A DNA stretch of 64,000 nucleotides. It comes from an uncultured Trueperaceae bacterium. GTDB taxonomy: Bacteria; Deinococcota; Deinococci; Deinococcales; Trueperaceae. Numbering within the stretch: position 1 is the stretch's first letter; the number at the start of each line of letters is the position of its first letter. Shown here in pieces: positions 43,388-54,942 of this stretch. The stretch lies in NCBI GenBank assembly GCA_963799485.1, contig CAWCXJ010000012.1, positions 128,001-192,000 of the forward strand, in the 5' to 3' direction. The notes below the pieces were generated by a model. It worked only from the letters and a program-made list of their open reading frames with translations. It did not search any database and was not told the origin of the DNA. The position numbers were made by a program, and so were the translations under genes.

Positions 43388-44209
43388 ATGTCGTACTTAG
43401 GTATGAAACAACTGCTAGAGGCCGGGGTTCACTTCGGTCACGAAACCAAACGCTGGAACCCGAGGTTCAAGCGCTACATCTTTGCCGAGCGCAACGGGAT
43501 TTTTATCATCGACTTGCAAAAGACACTGGTCGAGTCGGACAAGGCGTTCGAGTATCTCAAAGACACGGCGGCGCGTGGCGGTACCATCCTTTTCGTCGGT
43601 ACCAAAAAGCAGGCGCAGGAGATTTTGGCGGCTGAAGCCAAGCGTTGCGGGATGCCGTACTTAAACGAGCGCTGGTTGGGCGGAACCTTAACCAACTTCA
43701 AGACCATCCGCGCCCGCGTCGAACGGCTCAAACAGCTCGAGGCCATGTTCGAAGACGAGTCGATCCTCCGCTACGGTAAAAAAGAGCAGATCGACCTCGG
43801 CAAAGAGTTGCAACGCTTGCAACGTTACCTGGGCGGTATCAAAGAGATGACCCGCCTGCCGGACGTGTTGTTCATTATCGACCCGACCAAAGAGGCGATT
43901 GCCGTGCGTGAGGCGAATAAGCTCGGGATTCCGGTCGTCGCTTTGGCCGACACCGATTCCGACCCGGACGTGCTCGACTACATCGTCCCCGGTAACGACG
44001 ACGCCATCCGCTCGATTCAGCTGGTCACGGCGCGGCTTGCCGATACCATCGTCGAGGTACGTGGCGGCGCTGCCGACGCGCCCGCGCCGAGCGAAGCCGC
44101 TACCGACGAGGAAGGTCGCCAGACCATCCCGACGCCGCTGTCTTCGCCTGAACGCACCATCACCGAGGCAGCGCAGCGTGGCTCCGGCCCTGCCGACGAC
44201 CAAGGTTAA
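43388..44209 (+). CDS. rpsB: 30S ribosomal protein S2
   Basis: [19 protein letters not shown] and PGNDDAIRS motifs; GGAGG SD before ATG 43388. Confidence 0.97.
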   Translation: MSYLGMKQLLEAGVHFGHETKRWNPRFKRYIFAERNGIFIIDLQKTLVESDKAFEYLKDTAARGGTILFVGTKKQAQEILAAEAKRCGMPYLNERWLGGTLTNFKTIRARVERLKQLEAMFEDESILRYGKKEQIDLGKELQRLQRYLGGIKEMTRLPDVLFIIDPTKEAIAVREANKLGIPVVALADTDSDPDVLDYIVPGNDDAIRSIQLVTARLADTIVEVRGGAADAPAPSEAATDEEGRQTIPTPLSSPERTITEAAQRGSGPADDQG

Positions 44210-44255
44210 ATAATCGGTTAGATAACCGGGCCTGAGCATTCACCCTCACTTCTCC

Positions 44256-44277
44256 GGCGGGGCCTTCGGGTCTCGCC
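44256..44277 (+). other. cUUCGg tetraloop hairpin between rpsB and tsf
   Basis: GGCGGGGCC-TTCG-GGTCTCGCC. Confidence 0.55.
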
Positions 44278-44361
44278 TGTGCGCTGCCTACGCTTAAAGT
44301 GACGGTAGAACCAGTTACCTAAAACTCATACCTAAAACGCAGTACCCCGAAAGGAAATCTA

Positions 44362-44955
44362 ATGGCTGTTACAATGGACGATATTAAAAAACTCCGCGCT
44401 ATGACCGGCGCAGGCATGATGGACGTCAAAAAGACCCTCGAGGAAACAGACGGCGACGTCGAGCGCGCCGCAACGCTCTTGCGTGAACGCGGTATCGCCA
44501 AAGCTGCCAAAAAAGCCGACCGTGAAGCGCGTGAAGGCTTTGTCGGGTCGTATATTCACCACAACGGCAAGATTGCGACCTTAGTCGAACTCAACTGCGA
44601 AACCGATTTTGTGGCCCGTAACGATCAGTTTCAGGCGCTCGCCCGCGACCTTGCAATTCACACCGCGATGGCGAACCCGGCCTATAAAAGCCGTGACGAC
44701 GTACCCGCCGAGGTCATCGAAGCCGAACGCACGGTTCTGACCGAGCAGGCCAAGCAAGAGGGTAAGCCCGACAACGTGGTCGCCAAAATGGTCGAAGGCC
44801 GAATCAACAAGTACCTGCAGGAAGTGTGCCTTTTGGAGCAGCCCTTTATCAAAGACGACAAAAAGACCGTCGAGCAGCTCGTCAAAGAAGCCGTTGCTAC
44901 AATGGGTGAAAACATCCAGGTCGGTTCTTTTTACCGCATCGCTATCGGCGAATAA
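44362..44955 (+). CDS. tsf: Elongation factor Ts (short form)
   Basis: LRAMTGAGMMD and ELNCETDFVA motifs. Confidence 0.97.
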   Translation: MAVTMDDIKKLRAMTGAGMMDVKKTLEETDGDVERAATLLRERGIAKAAKKADREAREGFVGSYIHHNGKIATLVELNCETDFVARNDQFQALARDLAIHTAMANPAYKSRDDVPAEVIEAERTVLTEQAKQEGKPDNVVAKMVEGRINKYLQEVCLLEQPFIKDDKKTVEQLVKEAVATMGENIQVGSFYRIAIGE

Positions 44956-44966
44956 TGCGGGCCTGA

Positions 44967-45686
<720 letters not shown>

Positions 45687-45708
45687 GCTGAGAATTAGAG
45701 GAGGAACT

Positions 45709-46272
45709 GTGAGCGAACTAGGGAGCATAACGTCGAGCCTCCGGGCGAGCATGGAAAAAACCCTCGAGGCGTTTGAAAACAATATCGGTATGGTCAGGAC
45801 GGGCCGCGCCAATCCTGCCGTTTTGAACCGTATCCAGGTCGATTATTACGGCTCGAGTACCCCCTTGAATCAGCTGGCGACGGTCTCGAGCCCCGACCCC
45901 CGGACACTGCTGATTACGCCGTTCGACAAAAGTGCTATCCGCGAGATCGAACGGGCTATTCGTGAGAGCGACCTGGGTTTCAACCCGAACAACCGTGGCG
46001 ACAACATCTTTATCAGCGTTCCGGCGTTAAACGACGAGCGCCGCCGCGCCCTGGTCAAGCAGGTCAAAAACATGGCGGAAGAGGCCAAAGTTGCGCTCCG
46101 TAACCACCGCCGCGACGCCAACGACGAACTCAAAGAGTACCGTAAAGAAAACCTTTTGACCGAAGACGACGTGCGTCAGGGCGAGGGTGAAGTGCAGAAA
46201 TTGACCGATACTTACGTCGGAACGATTGACAAACGGGTCAAGGCCAAAGAAGAAGACATTATGGCGGTGTAG
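45709..46272 (+). CDS. frr: Ribosome recycling factor
   Basis: RTGRANP and VDYYGS motifs; conserved synteny. Confidence 0.96.
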   Translation: MSELGSITSSLRASMEKTLEAFENNIGMVRTGRANPAVLNRIQVDYYGSSTPLNQLATVSSPDPRTLLITPFDKSAIREIERAIRESDLGFNPNNRGDNIFISVPALNDERRRALVKQVKNMAEEAKVALRNHRRDANDELKEYRKENLLTEDDVRQGEGEVQKLTDTYVGTIDKRVKAKEEDIMAV

Positions 46273-46678
46273 GCTCATATCAAGTTGCTGCCCCTAAACC
46301 ATAAAGTCTCGCGGTCTATACGGGGAGGTTTTACGGTTCAGGACACTTAACGCTTCTACTTGACGCTTCGTGGCAACTGCCGAAAACGTCCTGGTAAATC
46401 TCCCCTGAGCTGTCCCTAAACGTCAAAGTTCGGGCGGCGCTTTTATCTAGCCGTGCTCAGCGCGGAACGTTGCCGTAACCGCTGCTGTAACCGCTTGTAG
46501 TAACCGGAGCTCTCGGGCCTCGAGGTCGGCTTGGGGCGTGCGCGGCACATCACCGTGGTTGCCGGGTTTTGCCGTGACAAAAGCCCGAGGCTCGAGTCGT
46601 GTGTAGCCGACACCGATACAACTGCTCCCGTTTAACTCTGCGGGAGCAGTTGAAGATTTAGGTTTAGTGCCGGCGACG

Positions 46679-48577
46679 TTACTTCTGCGAGGTACCCGCC
46701 ACGAGCGCCGGTTCGCCGATGGCCCCGGCATTTTGCGGTACAGCTTCCTGGAGTGCGCGCTCGTCCGGAATACCTTTGCGAAGCGGCAATTCGGGGATAA
46801 AGAAAACGATAAGCGTGCCCACGGCGATAATGGCAAAGCTGACCCAAAAGAGCAGGCGGATGCTCTCGGCAAAGCCTTGTTCGACAGCCCTCAAGACCTG
46901 CGCCGAAAGCGTTTGGGCCTGCGTGTTGAGTCCTGCTCGCAGCTGCTCGAGTGCCTGCGCCTTGGCTGCCGCTGAAAGCGGTGGTGCAGCCCGAACGAGG
47001 TCTTTGACTTGTGCCGGGGTCTGTGCGCCGTTTAGCAGCGCCACGCGCGCCGCTGCGTTCCCGCCGACTGCCGCCTCGGTTTGCGCGTAAAGCCGGTCGA
47101 ACCCGGCGGCAATGCTCGCGCCGATATCGCCTCCTGCGCCCGCACCCTGGAGCGCGCCGATATCGAACTTCTGCGACTGCAACGCCGGAATATCCGGCAG
47201 ATGTTTGGGAATCGCCGTCCCGACGCTGAGCGTCAGCAGCGAGCCGAAAACCGCTAAACCGATGGTCGAACCGATCTGCCGAAAAAACTGGCTTGCGCCC
47301 GTTGCCACGCCGAGTTGAGCTTGCGGTACGGCGTTTTGAATTGCCAGGGTAAAAAGGCTTTGCGCCGGGCCGAGGCCGATACCGACGATCACCATCCGCC
47401 AGGCAAGCCCGAGCTGGGTCGTATCCAGACTGATGCTCGTCAGGGTAAAGACGCCTGCGAGCAGCATGAGCGACCCGAAGATCATAAAGAGTTTGTAGCG
47501 CCCGGTGCGCGTGACCAAGAGCCCCGTCAGCGTCGAACTGGCGATCAGCCCCGCCATCAGCGGTAACAGCGTAAACCCGGAATTGGTCGCGCTGATGCCC
47601 AGTACCAGCTGCATAAAGAGCGGCAAGAACATGATGATGCCCAAAAACGCGATGTTGATGATAAACGACGCGCCGTTGGCGATGCTAAAGACCGGCACGC
47701 GGAACAGCTCGAGCGGCAAAATCGGGTTTTTTACGCGCAATTCGACCACTACAAACATAACGAGCGAAAGTGCCGCGACCCCGAACAAAATCAAAATCGT
47801 CGGTGAGGCCCACGGATAGGTCGAACCGCCCCAGGTCAGCGCCAACAGCAGCGGCACGAACGCGCTCAGGATGAGCCCGGCCCCGGCAAAGTCGATCTTG
47901 CCGCCGCCCGACCCGGCTTTCAGGAGCGGCATTTTGCTGGCAATCAGATAGAGCGCGACAAGTCCGAGCGGAAGGTTCACGTAAAACACCCAGCGCCAGC
48001 CCGCGACGGCGTAGCCGAGGAGCGTCACGGAGCCGTGGTCGGTAAAAAAGCCGCCGATTATCGGGCCGAGTACCGACGCGAGGCCGAACACGCCGCCGAA
48101 CAGCCCCTGATAGCGGCCCCGTTCGGCGGGTGGGAAGATGTCGGCGATGATGGCAAACGCGCTCGAGAACAGCGCCGCACCGCCCAAGCCCTGAATCGCC
48201 CGGAAGACGATCAGCTGCGTCATCCCCGAACCGAGCAGCGGCAGCGCGCCGAACTCCCCGGCCAGCCCGCAGAGCACCGAACCAACCAGAAAGAGCGAGA
48301 CGCCGAAGCTCAAAATCGGTTTGCGCCCGTACATGTCGGACAACTTGCCGTAAATCGGCACCATCACGGTTGAGGCGAGCAAATACGCGGTCGTCACCCA
48401 GGTGTAGAGCGACAAACCGTCGAGGTCGGCGATAATACGCGGCATGGCGGTCGAGACAATCGTGTTGTCGAGCGCGCCGAGCAAAAAGACGACGAGCACT
48501 GCGCCGAGCGTGAGGTTGCGCTCGCTTTTGGTAAATGCGCGCTGAGCCACTTGAGTTTGAGCTATAGGTTGAGACAT
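46679..48577 (-). CDS. 14-TM MFS efflux pump (DHA2, EmrB/QacA family)
   Basis: [21 protein letters not shown] and [10 protein letters not shown] motifs; long loop before the last TM. Confidence 0.92.
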   Translation of the reverse strand: MSQPIAQTQVAQRAFTKSERNLTLGAVLVVFLLGALDNTIVSTAMPRIIADLDGLSLYTWVTTAYLLASTVMVPIYGKLSDMYGRKPILSFGVSLFLVGSVLCGLAGEFGALPLLGSGMTQLIVFRAIQGLGGAALFSSAFAIIADIFPPAERGRYQGLFGGVFGLASVLGPIIGGFFTDHGSVTLLGYAVAGWRWVFYVNLPLGLVALYLIASKMPLLKAGSGGGKIDFAGAGLILSAFVPLLLALTWGGSTYPWASPTILILFGVAALSLVMFVVVELRVKNPILPLELFRVPVFSIANGASFIINIAFLGIIMFLPLFMQLVLGISATNSGFTLLPLMAGLIASSTLTGLLVTRTGRYKLFMIFGSLMLLAGVFTLTSISLDTTQLGLAWRMVIVGIGLGPAQSLFTLAIQNAVPQAQLGVATGASQFFRQIGSTIGLAVFGSLLTLSVGTAIPKHLPDIPALQSQKFDIGALQGAGAGGDIGASIAAGFDRLYAQTEAAVGGNAAARVALLNGAQTPAQVKDLVRAAPPLSAAAKAQALEQLRAGLNTQAQTLSAQVLRAVEQGFAESIRLLFWVSFAIIAVGTLIVFFIPELPLRKGIPDERALQEAVPQNAGAIGEPALVAGTSQK

Positions 48578-49071
48578 TATTCTCCTACGGGTGTAAGGTC
48601 GGGCGTTTTTTTAGCGTTATCAGGTGAAGCATTGAGCTGGTCGCTCAGGGTCTCGAGTAAACCCAGAAACTGTTCTTGAGCGTCGCCGAGGCCGGCAAGA
48701 AAGGGCTCGAGCAGCCCTTCGACGCTGCCGCGCACTTCAGCGTGTAACTTTTTTCCGGCAGGGGTCGTCTCGAGGCGTGTCCGGCGCGAATCGTGTGCGT
48801 CGATTGCCTTTTCTATCAAACCCGCCTGAAAAAGCGTTTGCAAAATCCGACTCGTCGTATCTTTGGGGAGTTTGAGGCGTTCGGCAAGTTCGGTCGGATA
48901 ACGCACGCCTCTTGCAATCGCTGCGAGTACCAGAAAATCTCGGTACGAGAGGCCGTGCGTAGTTTCCAGAAGAGGATTGACGTAATCGTGAACAGCGCGG
49001 CCGATACGCCAATGCGCGGCAAAAAAGCGGGAAGCGGCTGAGCTTGGAGGGGGAGTGTCGGGTGGATGCAT
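48577..49071 (-). CDS. MarR-family regulator
   Basis: Winged-helix with DAHDSRR; stop/start overlap with the MFS gene. Confidence 0.88.
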   Translation of the reverse strand: MHPPDTPPPSSAASRFFAAHWRIGRAVHDYVNPLLETTHGLSYRDFLVLAAIARGVRYPTELAERLKLPKDTTSRILQTLFQAGLIEKAIDAHDSRRTRLETTPAGKKLHAEVRGSVEGLLEPFLAGLGDAQEQFLGLLETLSDQLNASPDNAKKTPDLTPVGE

Positions 49072-49078
49072 ACCTCAA

Positions 49079-49130
49079 TAGTTGTACGCCTAACTAGTTG
49101 AATATTTCAACTATCTACGAGCACAACTAT
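49079..49130. promoter_or_regulatory. Probable MarR operator array
   Basis: TAGTTG-N6-TAACTA, TAGTTG-N7-CAACTA and a third CAACTA half-site, immediately upstream of the marR ATG. Confidence 0.65.
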
Positions 49131-49446
49131 TTTATATTCTCTGAAACCTGCTGTTACCGGACCGTGCCGTAAATCTCGCGTATCACCTAGGTAAAACCCG
49201 TCACCCTGATGAACCTGAAGTCAGGCGAGGGGGTTTTCGCCTGCCGAACGCTCGGTTTACGGCGGTTCAGCAGGCTCTAAGTAGCGTTTACGCCTTGGGA
49301 TAGACCGTTACCACTGCAACAACCGGCACCGCGATTTCGGGAAAAAGGTCGCGCCCCTGTGTAACTGTCGAGGCCAAACGGGCCGAGCGTACCGAAAACG
49401 CTGACGGTCGCCACGTAGCGGGTCACAAACAGTCTTACCGGATTTT

Positions 49447-50703
49447 TCACGGCTGATCCGCGAGGACACTGACCGGCACGCCGTCCTGGAGGTCGGACGG
49501 CACCGGATAAACGACCCGGGTGCCCGGTTGCAACCCCCGGACGATGATTTCGTCACCGGCTTCGTTGACGACGTTGACCGCCTGACGTTGGGTCGCGCCG
49601 CCTGTAACGGTAAATACGTAACTCTGACCGCCGCTCGTTTGCACCGCCCCGGAGGGAAGTTTGATCCCCTGGGCCAGCGTCAGCTCGTAGTCGAGCTGCG
49701 TCACCGTACCGGTCGGAATCCGGTCTTCGGACGGGTAGAGCTTGGCCGTAACTTCAACCAGCCGGGTCTGCCCCGGAACCTGCGACGTGCGGAGAATCTG
49801 CGCGGCGTAGTCGAGCCCGCTATAGCTGATCCAGACCTGCCCGGCCTCTTGAAGGCGGGTGGCGTCTTCGACCGGGACGCTAAAGCGGGCGAGCTGCTCC
49901 TCGGAGCTGACCAGTCTAAAAGCGGGGCTACCCGCGCCGATAAACTCGCCCTGTTCGACGAGCACCTCGGCGACTTCACCCGCGTAAGGTGCGGTGATGT
50001 TGGTTTCGGCGAGGGCGCGTTCGGCCTGACGCAGCTGGGTTTCGGCTCCCTGAATCTGCAAGCGGAGCAGCTCCAAGTTTTCACTCGGTGCGCGCTCTGC
50101 CTGCGCGAGCGCGTCTTGTGTCTGCTGGTACGCCGCCTGCGCGCTCTCGAGCTGCGCTTTGAGCTGGGTCAGCTCGGTTTGCGCGATGCCGCCCGAACCG
50201 AATAACCGCTGCCCCTGCGTGTACTGCTGCCGGGCTAGCTCGAGGTTCGTCTCTGCGCCTCTTAGCGCATCTTGCGTTTGGGTCAGGCTGTCCCGCGCCG
50301 CACGCTGGGCGCTCGTCAGGTTGATGCGGGCGCTCTGCACGGCGGTGCGCGCACTGTCTACCTGAAGTTGCAGGTCTACCGGGTCGAGCCGAACCACGGT
50401 GTCACCCGCGCTCACCCCGCTGCCCGTTTGCATGACGATACTCGCCACTTGCCCGGAGGTACCCGCCGCCACCTGACTGTCCTGCGCCGGTTCGATCGTT
50501 ACCGAGGCGCTCCGCGAGGTGCTGAGGGTTCCTCGCTCGGCCACGACGACGCGCACTGCGCGGGTTGCCGCCGACCCCGGCGTCCCGGCCTGAGCGCTGT
50601 TTTGGGCGCTAGCTTGGGTGCTGTCCTGGGCGTTGGCCGGGTTGCACACAGCGAGTGCGGCGACGAGCACTGCGAACAGTAGCGGCGTTAGCTTGGCGTT
50701 CAT
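49447..50703 (-). CDS. Efflux membrane-fusion (periplasmic adaptor) protein
   Basis: Signal peptide, lipoyl-like halves (SGQVA...GDTVVRLD; ITAPYAGEV) and a long alpha-hairpin. Confidence 0.88.
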   Translation of the reverse strand: MNAKLTPLLFAVLVAALAVCNPANAQDSTQASAQNSAQAGTPGSAATRAVRVVVAERGTLSTSRSASVTIEPAQDSQVAAGTSGQVASIVMQTGSGVSAGDTVVRLDPVDLQLQVDSARTAVQSARINLTSAQRAARDSLTQTQDALRGAETNLELARQQYTQGQRLFGSGGIAQTELTQLKAQLESAQAAYQQTQDALAQAERAPSENLELLRLQIQGAETQLRQAERALAETNITAPYAGEVAEVLVEQGEFIGAGSPAFRLVSSEEQLARFSVPVEDATRLQEAGQVWISYSGLDYAAQILRTSQVPGQTRLVEVTAKLYPSEDRIPTGTVTQLDYELTLAQGIKLPSGAVQTSGGQSYVFTVTGGATQRQAVNVVNEAGDEIIVRGLQPGTRVVYPVPSDLQDGVPVSVLADQP

Positions 50704-51770
50704 TTTTCCTCCTGATGGCTGGCGGTTCTAGGATTAGGCGGCGGGGCGTCGAGTTCAGCGGGCCCGGCGAGGTCGACGAGGGTGCCGCTTTGCAGCTCGA
50801 GCAGCGCGTTTAACAGGTCGTAGCGTGCGCTCTGCGCGCCCTGTTCGGCCTGGGCACGTTGCAACTCGGCTTGGCTGAGCGCCAGTCTCGAGATCAGGCC
50901 GCCTTTGAAACGTTGCTGCTGGGCCGCTAAGCGTTCGTCTGTATTTTGCAGCGTTTCTTGCGCCACCCGGTAGCGCTCTCTGGCGCTTTGCGCCTGGTTA
51001 AAGAGCGTGCGTACCTGGATACGAAAACCGCGCCGGGCTTCGGCGTCGCCGGCACGCGCGTTGGCGAGTGCGCTTTGGGCACCCTCGAGCTGCGTCGGGG
51101 ACGCGTAAGACGGGTCGAGCACCGCGTCGGCAAGTTCCGCCCCGGCAAGTTCCTGCGCGGCCTGCACGACGGTCGGGTGCCGCGTCGCCGCCTCGAAGAC
51201 GGTGTCGAGTGCGGGAACCGGGACGAGATAAGCATCGGAAAAGTCGGTCAGTTGTGCGGCGCTAAGCTCGCGGCCCAACAGACCCGCTAAGTTACTCAGC
51301 GCGACGTTTAGCCCGTCCTGGGCCGAACGCAGCCCGTTACGGGCTTCGTCCAGACTGACCTGCGCTTCATCGACGTCGGTTTGCACCGCGCTCCCACCCT
51401 CGAGCCGGATTTGGGCCAACTCGCGGGCTTTTTCGCCGAGCGCCTCCCCGCGCCGCGCGACGGTTACCCCTTCGCGCGCCTCCAACACACCCGTATAGGC
51501 CGAGGCGATCTCCTGGAGCGCCGCATAAAAGGTCTGTACATAGGTGACCCGGGCGAGTTCTAGACGCTGCCGTGCCTGAAGCTTGTCGCTCCGCACCGTA
51601 AGGGGGTCTCTTTCGACCCGCTGCCGGTTGAGCGCGGCGTCTTGCAGCTCGGTACGCGCGCTCAAGACGGCGGGTCGCTGCGGCGCTTGCCGCAGCGCGT
51701 CGGTCAGACTCAGGAGGGCTTGTGCTTGAGCAGACGCGATAAGCAGGACCAGGACGAAAAACCATTTCAC
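50700..51770 (-). CDS. TolC-family protein
   Basis: Signal peptide; helical repeats (RLEGG.., RFKGGLISRLAL); overlaps both neighbours. Confidence 0.75.
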   Translation of the reverse strand: MKWFFVLVLLIASAQAQALLSLTDALRQAPQRPAVLSARTELQDAALNRQRVERDPLTVRSDKLQARQRLELARVTYVQTFYAALQEIASAYTGVLEAREGVTVARRGEALGEKARELAQIRLEGGSAVQTDVDEAQVSLDEARNGLRSAQDGLNVALSNLAGLLGRELSAAQLTDFSDAYLVPVPALDTVFEAATRHPTVVQAAQELAGAELADAVLDPSYASPTQLEGAQSALANARAGDAEARRGFRIQVRTLFNQAQSARERYRVAQETLQNTDERLAAQQQRFKGGLISRLALSQAELQRAQAEQGAQSARYDLLNALLELQSGTLVDLAGPAELDAPPPNPRTASHQEEK

Positions 51771-53485
51771 CCTAGTACCTCCGAAGGGGGTAACGCGTAA
51801 AAGCCGTAAATGTCGAGCAGCGCTTGCAGGGCGCTCTGCCGCGCCTGGCGCAACTCCAAAGCTGTTTGTAACAGTTCTACGAGCGCCTGCTGCGTTTCGA
51901 GCGGCGTGATCAAACCGAGTTCCTGACGCTGCTGATTCTCCCTAAAGTCTGCCTGCGCGTTGCGAAACTGAAGCTGCTCGAGCGTCAGGGTGCGCTCTGC
52001 TTGTACCCGGCTGCTTCTCAGCGCGGCCCTTTGTACCGCGGCCCCGGCGCGGCTCGCCTGCAACCCGGCGCGCGCGGCCCCCAGCTGCTCTTTGGCAGCG
52101 TCAAGCGCGTCAAAACCACCAAGCGGAATCGTTGCCGAAACCCCCACCGTAAAATTGCTCCGGATAGCACTCTCAGGCAGCGTGCGGGCCGGATTCTGAT
52201 AGCTGTAGCCGACGCTCGGTTGCAGGGTGCGCGACTCGATCGAGGCGGAAAGCGAAGATCTGTCGTCCAGGTTGTAATTGTAACTCGCCTGTACCGTCGG
52301 ATAGACCTCGCGGCGCGCGCCACCGACCCCGACTGCGGCCTGCGCGACGGGAACTTCGGCGCGCAGTACCGCCAGGGGCGTTCTGGTCGGAGGTTGAGGC
52401 AGCGCTGCCAGAAGTTCAAAGCTGGGCGCGGGCGTATCGCCGACCAGGTTCGTAAGATTCAGCCGGGCAACCGCGACGTTCTCGCGGGCGTTCCGGGCAA
52501 AGTTCTGCGCTTCTTGAAAGTTCACCTGGGCGTCACGCAGCTCGCGCGCGTTGGCTGCGCCCAGCTCGAAGCGCGTCCGCGTCGCAGCGAGCGCGTCTTG
52601 GGCCAGCGCCACGCCTTCTTGTGAGAGTTCCAAAGACTGTTCGGCAAGCCGCAGGTTGAGCGCCGCGCCGAGGGCGCGCGTCTCGAGCCCGGTCAAGGCT
52701 TCGCGGTAGTCGAGCAAGCTGTTTCTGACGGCGAGTTCTGCCTGACGCACGGCGTCGGCCACGTCACCAAAAGGAAAAGGCCGAAAGCTCACGTTCGCCG
52801 AAACCTGTTCGGACGTGGTCGGGATGCCCCCCTCGGCTTGGCTGACAGCAAGCCCCTGTGCGGTTACGGCGTCCTTTAGCCTCAGGCTGGTCAGGCCCGC
52901 TGTGGTCTCGAGCTGCGCCGGGCCGCGCAGGGCTTTTAACTGCGCTTCGGCAGCCCGCAGCGCGGCGCGGGCGGCGGCAAGCTCAGGGTTCCCGGCGAGC
53001 GCCGCGAAAAAGGTGTCGAGCTGCGCCTGCCGCGCCGCGAGCGCCGCTTCCTGCGCTTGCAATTTTTTTAGCCGTGCTTGCAAGGCTGCCGCGCGCGGCT
53101 CCAACGCCTCGAAACGCGCCTGTAACGCGGCCTTTTGAGCGGTAAGCGCGGTTTTTTGCAACTTCAGCGCCTGCTGCTGCGCGCCGGAGCCGCGTTGTTG
53201 TGCCAACGCTTCTTCCTGTCTGCTCAAGGCTTGCGCTTGGGTCGCTAACGCTTCTCGCTGCGTTTCCAGGCCACGCCGCTCCTGTTGCAGTTCTGCTTCC
53301 TGCGCTTCCAGCACTGCGCGCCTGGCTTTTAGCGCCTGCGCGGTGGGGACAGGTGCAGTGTTCTCGAGTGCAGGTATTTGTGCTTGTTGTACATCTTGTG
53401 CGGAAGCAGAGGTGAGGGCCGCGCTCGTTGCGAGGGCTACCACCAAAAGCAGCGCAGGTAAAGCCGGCGTGCGAACTAGTGCCAC
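51767..53485 (-). CDS. TolC-family protein with N-terminal coiled-coil extension
   Basis: RFELGAANAREL and ELGLITPLE OEP repeats; long Gln/Ala/Leu coil after the signal peptide. Confidence 0.75.
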   Translation of the reverse strand: MALVRTPALPALLLVVALATSAALTSASAQDVQQAQIPALENTAPVPTAQALKARRAVLEAQEAELQQERRGLETQREALATQAQALSRQEEALAQQRGSGAQQQALKLQKTALTAQKAALQARFEALEPRAAALQARLKKLQAQEAALAARQAQLDTFFAALAGNPELAAARAALRAAEAQLKALRGPAQLETTAGLTSLRLKDAVTAQGLAVSQAEGGIPTTSEQVSANVSFRPFPFGDVADAVRQAELAVRNSLLDYREALTGLETRALGAALNLRLAEQSLELSQEGVALAQDALAATRTRFELGAANARELRDAQVNFQEAQNFARNARENVAVARLNLTNLVGDTPAPSFELLAALPQPPTRTPLAVLRAEVPVAQAAVGVGGARREVYPTVQASYNYNLDDRSSLSASIESRTLQPSVGYSYQNPARTLPESAIRSNFTVGVSATIPLGGFDALDAAKEQLGAARAGLQASRAGAAVQRAALRSSRVQAERTLTLEQLQFRNAQADFRENQQRQELGLITPLETQQALVELLQTALELRQARQSALQALLDIYGFYALPPSEVLG

Positions 53486-54279
53486 TGCCGCTCCTGCCGT
53501 TTGGTACGACCGGGGTTACTAGCGACCAGCTTGCCGGGTCTTGATAGCGTCTTCCTTGGTGTACGCTGAGCTGTAGGGTGTAGCAGAAATTCCATACAGA
53601 CAGTATAGGCAGACCTTGTAAAGAGTTCTGCAAGCGGATGTAAAGATTGGGCGAAGACCGGAGTTTGGTAACGTCTTTTCGGGAGATGCACTTGTAATTG
53701 ATCGCTGATTGTCTTTACAAATGTACGGCTGGTACCCTTGCTGGTTTATCTCGCTAAAATGTTTGCGCCGACACGCCGGACAGCCTCAAAGAACATCGAG
53801 CTTAGGTAGCTCGAGCCGCCTGCAAGTCATCACCTACTGAATCCTACGTGGTTATCCGGGAAGTCGGGATGGTCGCCTTGAAATCAGCTCACTTTTCACC
53901 CGCCCGGAGCACCGTCAAAAGCCAGCAGTGCAGCCCCGGGCAGATAGCCGAGCAGCACGGTACAACGCCCGGAACCTTTCCCCGACCGGTCGGCCCGGAC
54001 GAGTACGGTAGAACCGTCCCGACGCTGACCTGTCCGAGCGGCGAAACGTCTTTCTACGATCGCCCTTAGCAGATATCTTCTGGTCGGCGATACCTTCTGT
54101 CTAAACTTCGCTGACCGGCACGCACACTTAATAATGACACCTGTATCGCTCGTGGAAATGCCCATAGACAAAACGGCGTAAAAACTTCCCCGGGCGCTCT
54201 TTCCAGCCGTCGCCGTGTCAAAAATCGGCTGCCGTTTTACCCTTTCAACGTTTCAGCCCGCCAAAAGCGCCGCGCCACG

Positions 54280-54308
54280 TTGACGCTTTTTTGTCTAAAA
54301 CTTATACT
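54280..54308 (+). promoter_or_regulatory. Sigma-70-type promoter of the urate operon
   Basis: TTGACG-N17-TATACT. Confidence 0.7.
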
Positions 54309-54379
54309 CGCTTCACGGTTTCCGCGCGCCCGGTTTCGTGAAACAGTTACATTTTGCCCGGACACCCGACAGGAGACCG

Positions 54380-54895
54380 ATGTCACTTTCAGTTGCGGCG
54401 CTGAACGCACTTGACGAACCTGAATTTGTCGCCGCGCTCGCGGACGTGTTCGAGCACTCACCGTGGGTCGCTGCCGGAGCCTACAGCGAGCGTCCGTTCG
54501 GGTCGCTGGGCGAACTTCACAGTGCAATGTGTGAGGTCGTGGGGGCGTCGGGTACCGAGGCGCAGCTAGGGCTTATCCGCGCGCATCCCGACCTCGCGGG
54601 CAAAGCGGCGCGCGCCGGAGCGTTGACGGCGGCCTCGAGCTTTGAGCAAGCCGGAGCCGGCTTAGACCGTCTGACCGGGGCTGAATACAGGCGGTTTCAC
54701 GCGCTTAACGGTGCGTACCAGGCGCGTTTTGACTTTCCTTTTATCTTGGCGGTCAAAGGCCACACCAAAGAGAGTGTGCTGGCGGCGTTTGAAGCGCGGC
54801 TCCCGAACGCGCCCGAGGCCGAGCGCAAAGCAGCCCTCACCCAAATCTACCAAATCGCACGCTTTCGCCTGGAGGCGCTGCTAGGAGTTTTATGA
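54380..54895 (+). CDS. uraD: OHCU decarboxylase
   Basis: FEHSPW, AHPDLAG, SSFEQAGAGL and FDFPFILAV motifs; AGGAG SD. Confidence 0.92.
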   Translation: MSLSVAALNALDEPEFVAALADVFEHSPWVAAGAYSERPFGSLGELHSAMCEVVGASGTEAQLGLIRAHPDLAGKAARAGALTAASSFEQAGAGLDRLTGAEYRRFHALNGAYQARFDFPFILAVKGHTKESVLAAFEARLPNAPEAERKAALTQIYQIARFRLEALLGVL

Positions 54896-54942
54896 CCAAG
54901 GCGAGACTATGACTAGGGCGGAATTGTGACGAAGGCGAGCTT

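Noticed and set aside
53700..54379. Purine/xanthine riboswitch or regulator gene upstream of the urate operon
   Set aside because: No recognisable aptamer consensus; the leader after the promoter is only about 65 nt; the small ORFs here have no recognisable motif.
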